The notes: generated by a model from the letters alone, not told the origin. Shown: positions 1 through 13,229, counted from the stretch's first letter. The stretch is DNA of 64,000 nucleotides from Azolla caroliniana (GCA_043228905.1 JBHGNT010000005.1:19468001-19532000), one strand, 5' to 3'. Made by a program: numbers and translations.

Positions 1-1900
1 GTGAATGCTCCATTCCTTATATCCTTCAAATGTTCAATAGCTTGTATTCTAAAAACAGTTTGACAGTGAGAAGGAAGACATGTCGAGCAAGTATGTCAGC
101 TCAAGCAAGCAAAGAAGAACTCCGACCAACCCCAAGCACATAGTGTGATTATCCAACAAGAAGATGATAGAAAACTAGAAAACTCTTTTGAAGAAGAACC
201 TGAACAAAACGGAGAACATGATGAAGAAGTTTACATTCAAGCATATCACGTAAACAGACATGAAGACAACCAAATTGAAGACGATAGTACCTGGTTCTTG
301 GATACTAGGGCTATTCACCATCTAACATATCAAAAAGACTGGTTGGACAACTATCAAGAGCTCCCAATGCCATTGAAGATCATCTTTAGAGACAAAGGTT
401 AAAAAGTGTAGTTGGGAAAGGTAATACCAAATTAAGGTTTATTAGTAATCATGTTGTACAAATTTCAGATATATACACATGGATATCATGTTCTCCCCCA
501 CCTATTTATGGCATTGTAGCTTGGTCATCTACATACACCAACACTCAAGTTATGTCAAAATCAAGACCTGGTAAGAGGTTTACCTTCCACAATCTTTAAC
601 TTTGTTGATATTTGTGAAGGATGTATGTATGGACAAATGGCTCAAAAGTCACTTCCATTAAGTATTGTGAAAGTATTTTTAGAATTTAAGCTATTGAACA
701 CTAGAAGAATATAAGGTACAGAGCATTCACATTGGGAAAACAAATTAAAAGTAGGAGACGTGGAGAAAAGTAAAAGGAGAAAAAGCAGGCCACCAGAAAA
801 CAGTCTCAAATAAACGCTCATAACTCTTTCGTTTAAAACCCAAATGTTCGGTTCAATTATGGATTGGAAAGCTCATGAAGTGAGCTATGTTTAGAATTTT
901 ACATCTCTAAATTTGGACTCTGGTGAGGGAGATATGACAATGAGAAGGTCTTTGTGTCATAGCTAAAAATAGGACTCAATGTAAAACTTCTAAAAGGTGT
1001 GTGAAAAAGAAAGGATGGGGAGTAAATTATCTGGTAGGGGATACCTTTGTAATAAGCGTAGGGGAGTAATGTTGTGTTTGGGGGGTTTTGGTCTCTTTCT
1101 TTCTCGTTCGTGTATTGTGGTTCATGTGTTATCAATAGATCTTTGGAGGTTTGATTTTTTACATTGTCTTTCTCTCTTCTTTCTATCATCTTCATCAAGT
1201 ACCTCAAAGACAAAGAAACTAACTCAACTTGTTCACTTGGATGTATGTGAACCAATAACTCCCAACTCACTCTTTGGAGCAACGTACTGTATTACCTTCA
1301 TCAATAACACTTCACGATTCACTATGGTTAACTTTGTTAACAAAAAGGAAATGCATTCAAAGCATTTGTGCATATAGAAGCTTTGTTGAAAATCAAACAC
1401 AACTTAAAGTTAAAGTAATAAGAAGTGACAAGAAGAGATATCACATATTTGATTATTTGGAGCAACTAGATTCGCATACATACAACCTGCCAAGAGATCA
1501 AAACTTGAGGATTGGTGCATCAAAGGAAAATTTATTGGATATGGGGAGCCATATGGAGTAAAAGAATATAGAATTTACTTCCGGATTCAGGTAAAATAAG
1601 TTTTAGTCATTCTGTGAAGTTTGATAAAAAAAGTCTATTTTCTAGGTCATTATATGTAGTTAAAGCAACCAGGAGTAGGCATCCTACAAATGAAATCACA
1701 AATATAAGACTCCCTCAAGTAACAACAATGGAATCCAAAAACGATAGTACAACAAGTCCAAATGACATGCAACAACAAATCTATGGGATGAGCATCAACA
1801 ATATATTATTAGGAAATTTGCAGCACTGATCTACACAACAATCACGGTGCGCTGACAACCAATGAAACCGAAAACTAAGGTAAGAAATGTAATCAATTAC
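1..1900 (+). pseudogene. Degenerate Ty1/copia gag-protease-integrase fragment
   Basis: Protease motif WFLDTRAIHHLT (ORF 145-402). Integrase CEGC..KSLPLSTSKTKKLTQLVHLDVC is restored when the 666-1197 insert is removed. KVIRSD and an SH3-like KRSKLEDWCIKGKFIGYGE follow at about 1490-1550. Many stops and frameshifts. Confidence 0.85.
666..1197. mobile_element. Solo LTR inserted in copia integrase
   Basis: TGTGAA...TTCATCA termini; 5-bp TSD AGTAT (661-665) / AGTAC (1198-1202); the host reading frame rejoins on removal. Confidence 0.75.
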
Positions 1901-2748
1901 CTCATTCTCAGATTCCAATCACACAAGATAAGGGGTTGATAGTCTCCGATTCCAAGTCCGTGACCAAATCAGCCACTCAAAGTCTCGAACCTAAGAAAGT
2001 GTGTGTCGGCCGCCAACAACCCAACACCTCTTCTTCAATGTATGGATGTCAAAATCTTGACATACAGGTGCAGATCACCTACAACCCTACACCTCCTCGG
2101 CATATCTGCAAAATCTCGAAACTGATAATCAGTCCATTGCTTGATCTGTTGCTCAGAGCCCTAAACCCGAACATGTGTACGTTAGAAGCCTCAAAATCGA
2201 CGATTAGTCCACCGCCCAATCTATTACTCAAAGCCTCGAACTTGAGCATACGAAGGGCTACCACATGCAACCTTGTGCATCCTCCATGATAGCAAGAAAA
2301 CAAAGCTCTAGATATGAGAATATGGGTCTCAGCCGCCTACAAGATTGCAACTCCTCCATAGTCGTAGAATGCAGAAACCCTCATTCTAAGGAAGTGGGTG
2401 TCGACCGCCTGCAAGCCTACACTCTCTCTAAAGAAACCATAAAAGATAAACAAATTATGGATAAAAGAACAAAACTACGGTTACTTAGTGACATCTATGG
2501 TGCAATTGTAACAGAGACCGAGTCCAACATATCTATCTTTGTAGCCGTCATTGAAGGAGACCACTATGGCATGGTTCCAATTCTCAAATTCAAGCAAGCG
2601 TTGAAGAGTATGGAAAAAGAAAAATCGGTTGCGGTTATCGAATCCAAATTTCGGCACTCCAAAAGAATCACACATGGATATTAATACCTATTATTCTCGA
2701 AAGATTGAACGTTCGACTTTAGATTTGAGAGACAAGATACATCACTAT

Positions 2749-3347
2749 TGTTAGGAAACAGGTCCCTCCGGATGGGAAGTGAGAAGACCCCGGTGAGAAC
2801 CGGATGTGGAGTACCCGACAACGGAAGACCCGGTGAGAACCGGATGACGAGTGCCCGGCAAGAGCTAGATGGTGAAGGCCCGGTGAGAAGTGCTCACTGG
2901 ATGAAGGGACATATTCGTAAATATGTTTCTGAGAGTCCATTGGGGCTATATTTGTAAATAGCCGAAAAGTCATATTAGTATGAATATGACTTAGGGCAAA
3001 CTTAGCAGGAGTTGTTGTCATTCTTGTTGGTGCAAGATTTGAGTGCGTAACTGTGTATAGAGAGAGAGAGAGAGGAAGAGGTCGTTGCCTTTGTTGTAAC
3101 CGCCGACTGTGGCGAAGATAGCAAGCTCGAGGTTGTTGCCTCGGTGCTTTACTATTGTACATCGTGATATAGTGATAGTTTGCAGTCTGTGGGATGCCGT
3201 GGTTTTTCCATAGTTTGGGTTTTCCACGTTAACATCTTGTGTACTCTTCTCTTTACTGTGTCGTGCGTACATTACCCGTTTTTCTATGTTTGATCCTAGA
3301 CTCGGTTGTGGCTGAGCGTTGTTTCTCGGGAGCGTGTAGTCCAGTCA
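2749..3347 (+). mobile_element. Copia (Tork-like family) solo LTR
   Basis: Starts TGTTAGGAAACAGGTCCCTCCGGATGGG like the LTRs ending at 49961 and 23541 and starting at 63348; ends CCAGTCA. TSD ACTAT/ACCAT. The empty site ATCACCATTAGG is visible at about 11518. Confidence 0.9.
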
Positions 3348-3638
3348 ACCATTAGGATAACATGATTTATTTTTATTTTTATTTTCTTCCCAATTTCTTC
3401 ATTAGTCCCCTACTTGCTTGATTCTTCCACTCGTTTATAGATGCCCCCATGCATATGATGCATGTGAAGGTACAACACATGCATACAACACATGGAATGC
3501 ATGCGATGCATGTTTGCTATTTGGCATTCATGCATCAAATGTGATGCATGATGACCATGTCACTCATCCAAACCCTCATGTATGAGATTTTACATATGAA
3601 AAGTACAATGATAAAAATATATTTCTAAAGTCATGACT

Positions 3639-3700
3639 TGGCTTAGTGGTAAGTCTTTTGACTCTTATCTAGGAGGTGCAAAGTTCAAATTCTTACTTAC
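3639..3700 (+). promoter_or_regulatory. tRNA-like A-box/B-box module within LTR
   Basis: A-box TGGCTTAGTGG 3639-3649 with D-stem GCTT/AAGT; B-box-like AGTTCAAATTC 3682-3692; spacing 43 nt. Confidence 0.6.
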
Positions 3701-3742
3701 ACCTGATAAGCACAAAATTTTACAAGGCTTTAGTCTTGTATT

Positions 3743-4160
3743 TACAAATGTTTAACTGCATATTACACCTTCAACCAACCTCCAATGAACCGATGGAACC
3801 TATAGACGATTTTGTTCGTTCCACACCAAGAAATCTTCAAGACACCGTGCATCGCGAGCCACCTATCTGACCGACCCGATCAATTCGTCCCGACCGGTCC
3901 GATCCGGTATCGTCTTGTCCACTCCGGATTTGTCTGTTCCGGTCCGCATACTACAAATGTTTAACTGCATATTACACCTTCAGTCGACCTCCAATGAACC
4001 GATGGAACCTATAGACGATTTTGTTCGTTCCACACCAATAAATCTTCAAGACACCGTGTATCGCGAGCCACCTATTCGACCGACCCGATCAATTCGTCCC
4101 ATGTCTTGTCTTGTCTGCATACGATCCGGTCTCGTCCTATCCGGATCTGTCCAAAACACT
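3743..4160. repeat. ~209-bp tandem duplication within LTR
   Basis: TACAAATGTTTAACTGCATATTACACC starts at 3743 and again at 3952; the sister LTR has a single copy (~11903). Confidence 0.9.
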
Positions 4161-6036
4161 ATTTGAATAACCTGGCTGCATCCATTCATCTAAGTTATCC
4201 CACAACATTTATGTGCGCTAAACACATATATATAATGTAAAGAGATATGGCTCTACTCATATATTCTAGAATCTTGATGTTGTCCTATTTATGTGGGATA
4301 TCTCACAGTTTTGTTTTCCTCTTCTTCTTCTCAAACTTCACCCTCACATAACTTCACACTTAGCTGTCCATTTCATATATAGTAAAATGTATTCGGAAGC
4401 TCTTGAAGACGTCCATCTTTTCGTACCAATATATTAAACTAATATAAAATAGTATCTTCCCACTATTGTTTCATATTGTGCGTGAAGAACCACACTCGAT
4501 TTTGTACGTTCCATGCAATTTTCACATCGGTGCCGAAAATCTTCATGACATCTCCATCCCTACCAAACCGCACGTCCTCTGGTACATGCCAAGAAGAGAG
4601 AGTGTGAGATTTCGGCTACGGTGATCAATAAGATTCCTCGACATCCTCGTTCACATAACTCAAGTTTGTAGGTTCCGTCTTTACTATCTTCATCATTGAT
4701 GTGATCGAGGTCAAGATCCTCGTCTTGTCTTTTCTTGAAAATCTTTACTCGTTTTCCTGCAATGGGTATGGACAACCTTGATCTGTCTAGCTCCGCGATG
4801 TGGTATGTGGCATTGTCATTGGCACTTGTCACCACATACGGTTCGAACCATCTTCTTGCGAACTTTCTTGTTGTCCTGTGTTGATTGTCAAGGCTGCTAT
4901 CGTAGACCAATACCCAATCTCCTTCTTCAATCTTCCTGGGACGCAGTCAATGTGTCTTATCGAACCGAATCTTGGTCTTCACCTAGGCTGCCTCCATCAT
5001 CTTTCGTGCTTTTTGTAAATCTTCAGGACTTCTTTCAAGCTTCCTTATCCGTGCCGCTAATAATTTTGCTCAACTCATCTTGTTGTCCCATGGTATCACT
5101 ACCCATGATGCGATCGTCCTTTCGATGGGCATTACCGGCTTCTGTCCATACATAAGCTCTGTTGGCATAAACCTTGTCACTGAACTATGTGTAGTTCTGT
5201 CGGCCCACAAGGCATAGGGCAATAGTCGTGGCCAGTTCCCGACTGGACCGTTGTATGCTCGTACGATGGCTTTGCCGATTGGTCCATGCCCTCTCTTGAT
5301 CTTCCCATTCACTTCTGGATTGTCAGCAGTTGTGAGGGAGAGCTTCACGCCTAGTCGTTCGAAGCGCTCCATTGCTTCGTGTGCAACCAACTCCCCTCGG
5401 TCAGCCACTATCTTTCCCACACATCCGTATCGGTAGACAACCTCTTCGAGTAGAAATTTGCAAACAACTGACATTGTCTTATTTGCCAAGGACCGTCCTT
5501 CCACTTGATTTGTCAGGTCTTCTCTTGCCAGTACTAAGTACTTCATTTGTCCCACTCCCATTGGCATCGAGACTAGATCCACCATCCATTTGAAGTGTAT
5601 GGTGAGCGGGTATGTCGGCCGTAACTCATCACGATGACGTATGTTCGAATGTACTTGGCAAATTTCTCATGTGGACACGAAATGGAGTACATCTTTGTAC
5701 ATGCTTCGCCACAAGTACTTCTCCTTCATTTTTTCGAACGTCGCCCATGTTCCTCTATGACCTGCCCAAGGACTCTCGTGGAATTCAGTCATTAGCATCA
5801 CTTGCTCTTCTTTCTTCACCACCACTCAACGTGGCATTCCTGTCCTTCTCTTTGGGTGTCGCCAGAGGAATCCTCCCTTCAGGAAGTATTAGTAAGCTTT
5901 CTTTCGGATTCGTAGAGCCTCCTCCTTCGTCAACGAAGCGTCCATCGTCATTGTTCTTAGGAATCTGCCGATCAGTAACCACTCACCTTCGTACTTATTC
6001 TCGTTGAAGGTGTGGAGGGTTAGCATGCCCTTGTCT

Positions 6037-6482
6037 TGTTAGAGTTTTGAGAACTCTACATGCACAACGAAACACGTAATAGGCTTCCAAGATCAATAAA
6101 TAACATCAAACATTAACATTAACAAATGATGTAGATATAGAGGAAAGGTTCAATCTAGCATAGTGAATGAAAAGGAATTTATACAATATAGGGAGGAAGA
6201 GTTCTTACATATATGATTCTTCTACACTCAAAAACCTATAGCCTTCTTTTATACTAGTGAAGAACTTTTGCTTGAACACCACTTGTTAGACATGCTTTTC
6301 TGCATGCACACCACTTTTGCATGCATATATTATGACATGCAATTACCTTTATCATTAACTAATATTGACTATTGAATAATATAATATAATAAATCAATAA
6401 TGGTATTATAGTTAAATCAAATAACTATGAACACATATGTCATGTGTTCAAGTCCTTCCAAGTATGAGCTTGACTTCTAACA
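6037..6482 (-). mobile_element. Copia-type solo LTR
   Basis: TGTTAGA...TCTAACA termini; perfect 5-bp TSD TGTCT (6032-6036 / 6483-6487); splits host SAEDKGMLTLHTFNE. Confidence 0.9.
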
Positions 6483-7560
6483 TGTCTTCTGCCGATAGTC
6501 GGGCCATCTTGAAGAAGTCAAGGGTGACGTTTTCATCATCTGAAACCATGTCACTTTCATTCTCAAATCTCGCCCTCAACAACATGTCAGCCATGGCGTT
6601 CTTCTTTCCTGCAATGTGGCGGATCTCTGGGTTTAAAGAGTTGATATAGACGATCCACCTTAGCATAGCTAGATCTGGTGCCGCACATCTTAAGATCATC
6701 CCGAGGATTGGGAGGCAATCTGTGTCAATTATCACTTCTGACCCGATCAGGTAGTCTTTCTCCATCTTCACTGTAGACAGAATACCCCAAAGTTCCCGCT
6801 TGACTTGGGCGTATCTTTGTTGTCGTTCGCTGAGAACCTTTGCTCCGAACCGGATGGCATACCGCGCATTATCTTCTCCTTCTTGGTTGATGACCCACCC
6901 GATTTCGGTTGGGCTTGTATCTACAGTCACATAAATCGACTTCCCTTCGGTATAGTCGGCCTTTCTTAGTGTTGGATGTTCAAGAAGTAGTTTCTTCAAT
7001 CTTCGCATCGCGTTTGTATGCTCCTCTCACCATTCGAACTTCATTATTTTCTTTAGCAATCCATATAATGGCTCAACGACATGAGCGTAGTGCGGAATCC
7101 AGATATGATAAAACACGCATGCTCCAAGGAACCTTCGAACCTCCGTTTGGGTTACGCATTCTTCTTTCATGTCCTGGATCGCGTTCACCTTAGATGACGA
7201 AGCCTTCCGACCGTATGCTCCACACAAGTGACCTACCACCAAGATCGCCGGTTGCTCGAATGCGGATTTTTCTCCCAGAAATTTCAAATTCGCATCTTCG
7301 AGCCTTTGGAGCACCTTCTCGCAATCTTTCATATGATCCACAACGAACTTTCTACACCCTTCCTTATCTTTTGATTCATCCTTCTCCTCATCCGAACATC
7401 CTTTTATCGGAATATTATCCAAGAATGGCATCGTGATGCCCGGGATGCAATCCTTCAAGACCTTGTTCATGGCATTCACTATATGAGCGACCGAGTTTGT
7501 TGCACCTTGAGGTAAGGTACACATCCGCACAAGCCCGATCGGAGTCCTCATGGTTGTAAT

Positions 7561-8218
7561 CATAAATTGACATATTCACATTTGTGGGGTTTCCCATTCG
7601 AATGCAAATGAATACGAATACGAATGGGTGGTCAAGTATTCATTTGACTCAAAAAAAAAGAAAAAAAAGAGTACATAAACTTATCTATTTTAATTTCTTA
7701 GGATTAAAAAAAAGGAACTTGGCAATAAATAGGGATAATAAAAGAGGGAGTTGCCACTACTCAATTTTTATAATAAATGTGTAACTTATAATTATAAGTA
7801 TTCATTTTATTTTTAATAAATGAATAAAATAAAATAAAGGTTCATTAATTTTTCACTTTTTATTCCCTCAAAATTTATGGATATTTTTATCTTCACATTA
7901 AAAATAAGACTTGAAAGTTCACACTAATCATATTTTTATAATAAATATAAAAATATTTATTTTTAAATAAATAAATAAATAATTAGTTAATTAAAATAAG
8001 TTTCATAAACTCTCCTGAAGGCTTACACTATAATCTATTAATGAATAACTATTCTTTTTTTGGTGAAATAAATTTATTTAAATAAAAAAATTAATTAATT
8101 AATTTTTTTATATTTATTTTGCAAAACGAATGGTTTTATAATATTCTTGGGGCAATTTCGTATTCTCGAATATTACAAATATCATGCATGGAGAATATCA
8201 CGCATGTGTCAATCTATG
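7561..8218. mobile_element. hAT-type MITE / non-autonomous DNA transposon
   Basis: TIR CATA(A/G)ATTGACA...TGTCAATCTATG; perfect 8-bp TSD GTTGTAAT; AT-rich and non-coding; splits RT motif DITTMRTP. Confidence 0.9.
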
Positions 8219-9185
8219 GTTGTAATGTCACGATTGTCGATCGCCAATTGAAATTGATCGTATCCAAAGTAGAGATCGTCAATGGAGTAGATGGATCAGC
8301 CCGCAAACGCTTCGACAAATTCATCCACACTCGGAGCAATTCTAGCATTCCGAATTGTCACCTTGTTGACGGGTTGAAGATCTTGGATGAATTGCAATGA
8401 TCCAGTCTTCTTCCGCACCGTGAACCACCTATTAGAATAAGGAGTATTCAACGGTTCCAAAATTCCCATATTCACCTTCTCCTTTAAGAGCTCGATCAGC
8501 TTCGGTAGGTGTGCTCTTGGAACCGGTATCGGTTTCAAATTCCAAGGCACATGCGGCAATGTGAAGATCACTATCGGTTCTACCGTCCTTGGATGAACAC
8601 ATCCGATTTCGTGTGGGAAAAATGCGAAAGTCTTCCCATGTCTTTCAAGCATTCCGCGGAACATTCGCTCCTCTTCAAGGAGGAGGAAATCCTCCCTTCC
8701 AACTCATAGCTTCCCTTTCGTCTCTTCGGTGAAGACATGACCTATTGTCTTTGGATTCCTTAAACTTGGATCTTTTGCAACTTCCTTCATCTTTTGCCAG
8801 CTATCTTCTGGTAGCGGAACCGCAACTGGCTTGACCTTCTTATCCACCGTTTTATATTGTGTTGACTCCACCTTCCTCCATCAAGATTCCTTGATGTTAT
8901 TCATTGATAATAGCGTACATGTGGACGAAGTTAACCGAAATCACGTGTTGATCGTGAGGATAGCTCAAGTCCACGACTTCCTCGATTTCGCCGATGGTGT
9001 CGTTAAATGAGGCTTCTTCCATAATATGAGTCACGAATTCTTCTTCTTCTATTATATTTTCTTCTTTCTGCTACCATTCTTGTATCCGACGCTTGTCCTT
9101 CTCGTTGAGTAGTACTAGTTTACACGCGCCATTAGGTGTGACACATGTTGCTTCTCCTTGTAATCCACTCGCTCTACTTTCTTGA

Positions 9186-9247
9186 GGGGACTTGTGATCG
9201 CTCGGACTATTTGTGCCCCATTCTTCAATAGTCCGGTCTAAAAATCT
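9186..9247 (-). promoter_or_regulatory. Putative -1 ribosomal frameshift signal between protease and RT
   Basis: Sense strand: A GAT TTT then TAG, a 5-nt spacer, a 9-bp stem CGGACTATT/AATAGTCCG, and loop GGGGC able to pair with downstream GTCCC. The -1 frame is largely open towards RT. Confidence 0.55.
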
Positions 9248-11329
9248 GAGGATTCGCCTCCGAGGCTCTCTCGATTTCTTTCATGATTAGCTCTCATCGT
9301 TAGGAATTGAATAGATCTTTGACTATCAAGACTCTTGATTTGCGCGAAGGCTGCTCCATTATCGAACGCCTTGGTCTCCATCCGGGATGATGTGATATAC
9401 GGTTGTCCTAGGATGACACGATGCAAAGCCGATTCTTGCACGAAGAAGTGTTTATCCATCTCCACATCCCCAATTATGACTTTAACATTTGGACAAACTC
9501 CGTACAAGTCCTCTATGGCCTTTGTTGCCGCTCGAATTTTCCATCCGTGGTTTGTATTGATTGGCCATCTTCCTTTTTTGTAGAACTCGGTTGACATGAG
9601 GTTGATCTCTGAGCCATGGTCAATCAAGGGTACCACAGTCTCTTTCTTCTAACCTATCTTCACCGGCGTCTCTGTTGTCACTCGTGCCCAATGGCGTCGA
9701 GTATAATGGTTGTTCACCATATCTTCATCGACTTCGTCCCTTGCCATCGTTATGGCATTTGTTTTTGCTTTTAATGGCTTCTCTTCTTCCTCATCTGATT
9801 GTTGTTTTTTTCTCTTTACAAGGTCCAAGATCGTATCATGGAACTCCTTCTTCATAATGCCAAGCAATTCTCTCAAGGACAAGGTCACGTGGCTATCGAG
9901 AACACGTTTCTCGAGAATCTTCTTCAGATCTATCGTTTGCTCTATGTTCGACCTTAGCTTATAGGTAGGCATAGTTTTTGTCTACCGAGCCGGGACTTCG
10001 ACACCAACCTTCATGGGCCGTGCCGTTTCTTCGACTCGTTTGCTCGACCCCCCTTTCCAGTTCGAGTCTCCTTCCTCTGTTTGTAAAGCTCGACTTGTTT
10101 CTGCATCTTCTTTCTTTTTCACACTCCTTGTTTCATGTCTTTTTGATGGGTTGTCTTTCCCTTCCATTCTTTTTCTCTTTTCATCCCCGAACACCTCGTG
10201 GTTGTCACACATCACTTCCGTGAGTATGGTGTTGTCATCCACTGGATCCGACCATCCGGTTATAATTTGCACACTTCAGTCTGCAAGCTCTACCTCGTTT
10301 AAAGTGACCTTTCCCTTCTTCTCATACTCAAGAACGGTAGACCAAAACTTTGCTCCCGCTATAACAACTTTAGTTTTGTCTTTCCCGACTCTTATTCCGG
10401 CCAATGTAGCATAGTGCATCGCATCCACATGAGTCGCCTCGGCATCTTCCATAGCTTTCTTCATTCCCCGTCTTCCAAAATTCACCCGTAGGGGTCTTCT
10501 AGTCTCACTTGAGTAGATCATGTTGCCATCCATGTATACGATATTTTGTCAAATGGCTTCTCAAAGGCTCACGCAATCCCTTCTCATGTGGTCCATGCTA
10601 TCGCATCACACGCATCTAAAGGGTTCTTTTCCTTTGGGGCTCCGATGAATCATGTTCGCTAGCGTGACCGTCTTGAAGTTCCTCTCCAGTTCTTCGATGA
10701 TGTCATCATCAATCTTCTTTTCTTCCGAGTTACTTTGTTTGTGCGGCTCAACTACTTTCGGTTGTCTCATTTTCTCCCCGGTCGATCCTACCAACGCTTG
10801 TCGAGCCTGTTGCACGCTCGCTTCACCGCAATCCAGTCTGCCACAGGCCCGTTCGCTTGGGTATCATTTTCAAGGAGTGTCCCCAAAGTCTCGTCCTCCT
10901 CAAGCAACACTTAGTTCGTGGTGGGGAGACGACTAAACATCTGGTCGAACTCGTCGTACACCCTCGAGGCACTCATCTTCTTATTTCTCTTCTCTATCCA
11001 CTTCATCAAGGCATGTCGAGTCATCCTCGACAAATCTTCCGTCGCGAACTGCGCTAATATTGCTTTCTCGAACTCAGACCATGTTTTCTTGCCTTCTTGA
11101 AGCTCGATGACGCGCCTTTGGATGTTGTTGGTGACCACTCTCTTGAAACTTGTGACTTGACGTGCTTCAAACACATCCCTCTTATTCATCTCCCTTCTGT
11201 ATATTAATCACACATGCATATTAATACCTATTATTCTCGAAAGTTGTTATTCATTTCTTGTTCAAATGTGGCTGGAGCATTTGTCAAACCAAAAGGCATG
11301 ACCAATAACTCATAATGCCCATAGCGCGT

Positions 11330-13229
11330 TGTCGTGAAAAATCTCTCACTACGTGCGGATTATGAGGCACAACCGCCGGGGTCCTGGATCAGAAGGATTC
11401 GAAGTTTGTACTAGCTTTAACGAGAAAGTATTTAAGATAGATTGAGAGATATTGATATGGAGAGAGAGATTGAGATAAAGATTGAATATTCGACTTTAGA
11501 TTTGAGAGACAAGATACATCACCATTAGGATAACTTAATTTATTTTTATTTTCTTTCCAATTTCTTCATTAGTCCCCTACTTGCTTGATTCCTCCACTCT
11601 TTTATAGATGCCCCCATGCATATGATGCATGTGAAGGTACAAGACATGCATACAACGCATGGAATGCATGCGATGCATGTTTGCTATTTGGCATTCATGC
11701 ATCAAATGTGATGCATGATGACCATGTCACTCATCCAAACCCTCATGTATGAGATTTTACATATGAAAAGTACAATGATAAAAGTATATCTCTAAAGTCA
11801 TGACTTGGCTTAGTGGTAAGTCTTTTGACTCTTATCTAGGAGGTGCAAATTCTTACTTACACCTAATAAGCACAAAATTTTACAAGGCTTTAGTCTTGTA
11901 TTTACAAATGTTTAACTACATATTACACCTTCAGTCGACCTCCAATGAACCGATGGAACCAATAAACGATTTTGTTCATTCCACACCGAGAAATCTTCAA
12001 GACACCGTGCATCGTGATCCACCTATTTGACCAACCCGATCAATTCGTCTCGACCGATCCGGTCCCGTCCATCTGATCCGGTCTGCATCCGGTTCCATCC
12101 GCCCAGTTTTGTCTGTCTGGTTCGGTTCCGTTGAAAACACTATTTGAATAATTTGGTTGCATCCATTCATCTAAGTTATACAACCCACAACCTTTATGTG
12201 CTCTAAACACATAAATATAATATAAAGAGATATGGTGCTACTTATATATTCTTGAATCTTGATGTTTTTTCCTATGTATGTGGGATATCTCATAGTTTTG
12301 TTTTTCCTCTTCTTCTTCTCAAACTTCACCCTCACATAACTTGACACTTAGTTGTCTGTTTCATATGTAGTAAAATGTATTTGGAAGCTCTTGACGACAT
12401 CCATCTTTTCGTACCAAGATATTAAACTAATATAAAATAGTATCTTGCCACCATAGATTGACATATTCGTATTCGTGGGGTTTCCCATTCGAATGCATAC
12501 GAATACGCATACGAATATATGGTCAAGTATTCGTTTATCCCAAAAAAAAAAAAGACTGCAAGAAATCCCTCCTTTTTTAATTTACTAGGATAAAAAAAAG
12601 GGACTTAACAATAAAAAGGGACATTAAAAGAGGGACTATAAAAAGGAACATTAAGAGGGACTTGACAGTAATAAATTTTTTATAATAAATATAAAAGTAT
12701 TAGTTTTATTTTTTAAAAATAAAGAAAATACAATAAAGTTTCATTAATTCCTCACTTTTTATTCTCTCAAAAATTATAAATATTTTTATTTTGATATTAA
12801 AAATTGGACTTCGCACTAATCATATTTCTATAATAAATATACAAATGTTTGTTTTAAAAGAAAATTTAATTAATTAAAATAAAGGTTCATAAACTTCCCC
12901 ATTTTTTATTTGACACTATAAAAGAGAGTTTATACTAATCATATGTATATAATCTATTAATAAGTGATTGGTTTTTTTTTAGTGAATTAAATTTATTTGA
13001 AGAAAAAAATGAATTAATTAATATTTTATATATTTTTGTAAAACAAATGGTTTTATAATATTCTTGGGGCCATTTCATATTCTCAAATATTGAGAATATC
13101 ATGCATGGAGAATATGAAGAATATTACGCATGTGCTTGCCACTATTGTTTCATATTGTGTGTGAAGAACCACACTCGATTTTGTACGTTCCATGCAATTT
13201 TCACACCGTTGCCGAAAATCTTCACCACA
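11330..13229 (-). mobile_element. Phygy-like LTR with TSD on both sides (contains a MITE)
   Basis: TGTCGTGAAAA...TTCACCACA; 4-bp TSD GCGT (11326-11329 / 13230-13233); homologous to 2704-4550. Confidence 0.9.
12452..13134. mobile_element. hAT-type MITE, second copy (right TIR partly deleted)
   Basis: Starts CATAGATTGACA; 8-bp TSD CTTGCCAC; homologous to 7561-8218; empty site in the sister LTR near 4456. Confidence 0.9.

Larger units (their letters stand above)
2704..4550 (-). repeat. 3' LTR of the Phygy-like element (truncated, interrupted by a copia solo LTR)
   Basis: Homologous to 11481-13229. Carries the empty site for the MITE found in the other copy. Confidence 0.9.
2704..11205 (-). mobile_element. 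Phygy-like Ty3/gypsy element, degenerate, lacking its PBS and gag N-terminus
   Basis: 3' LTR remnant 2704-4550 (ends CTTCATGACA), PPT-like tract 4551-4564. Then INT (4560-5770), RH (6000-7000), RT (7027-8660), protease LIDHGSEINLM (9238-9636) and gag (9650-11205). Collinear with the element at 53147-59499. Confidence 0.9.
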
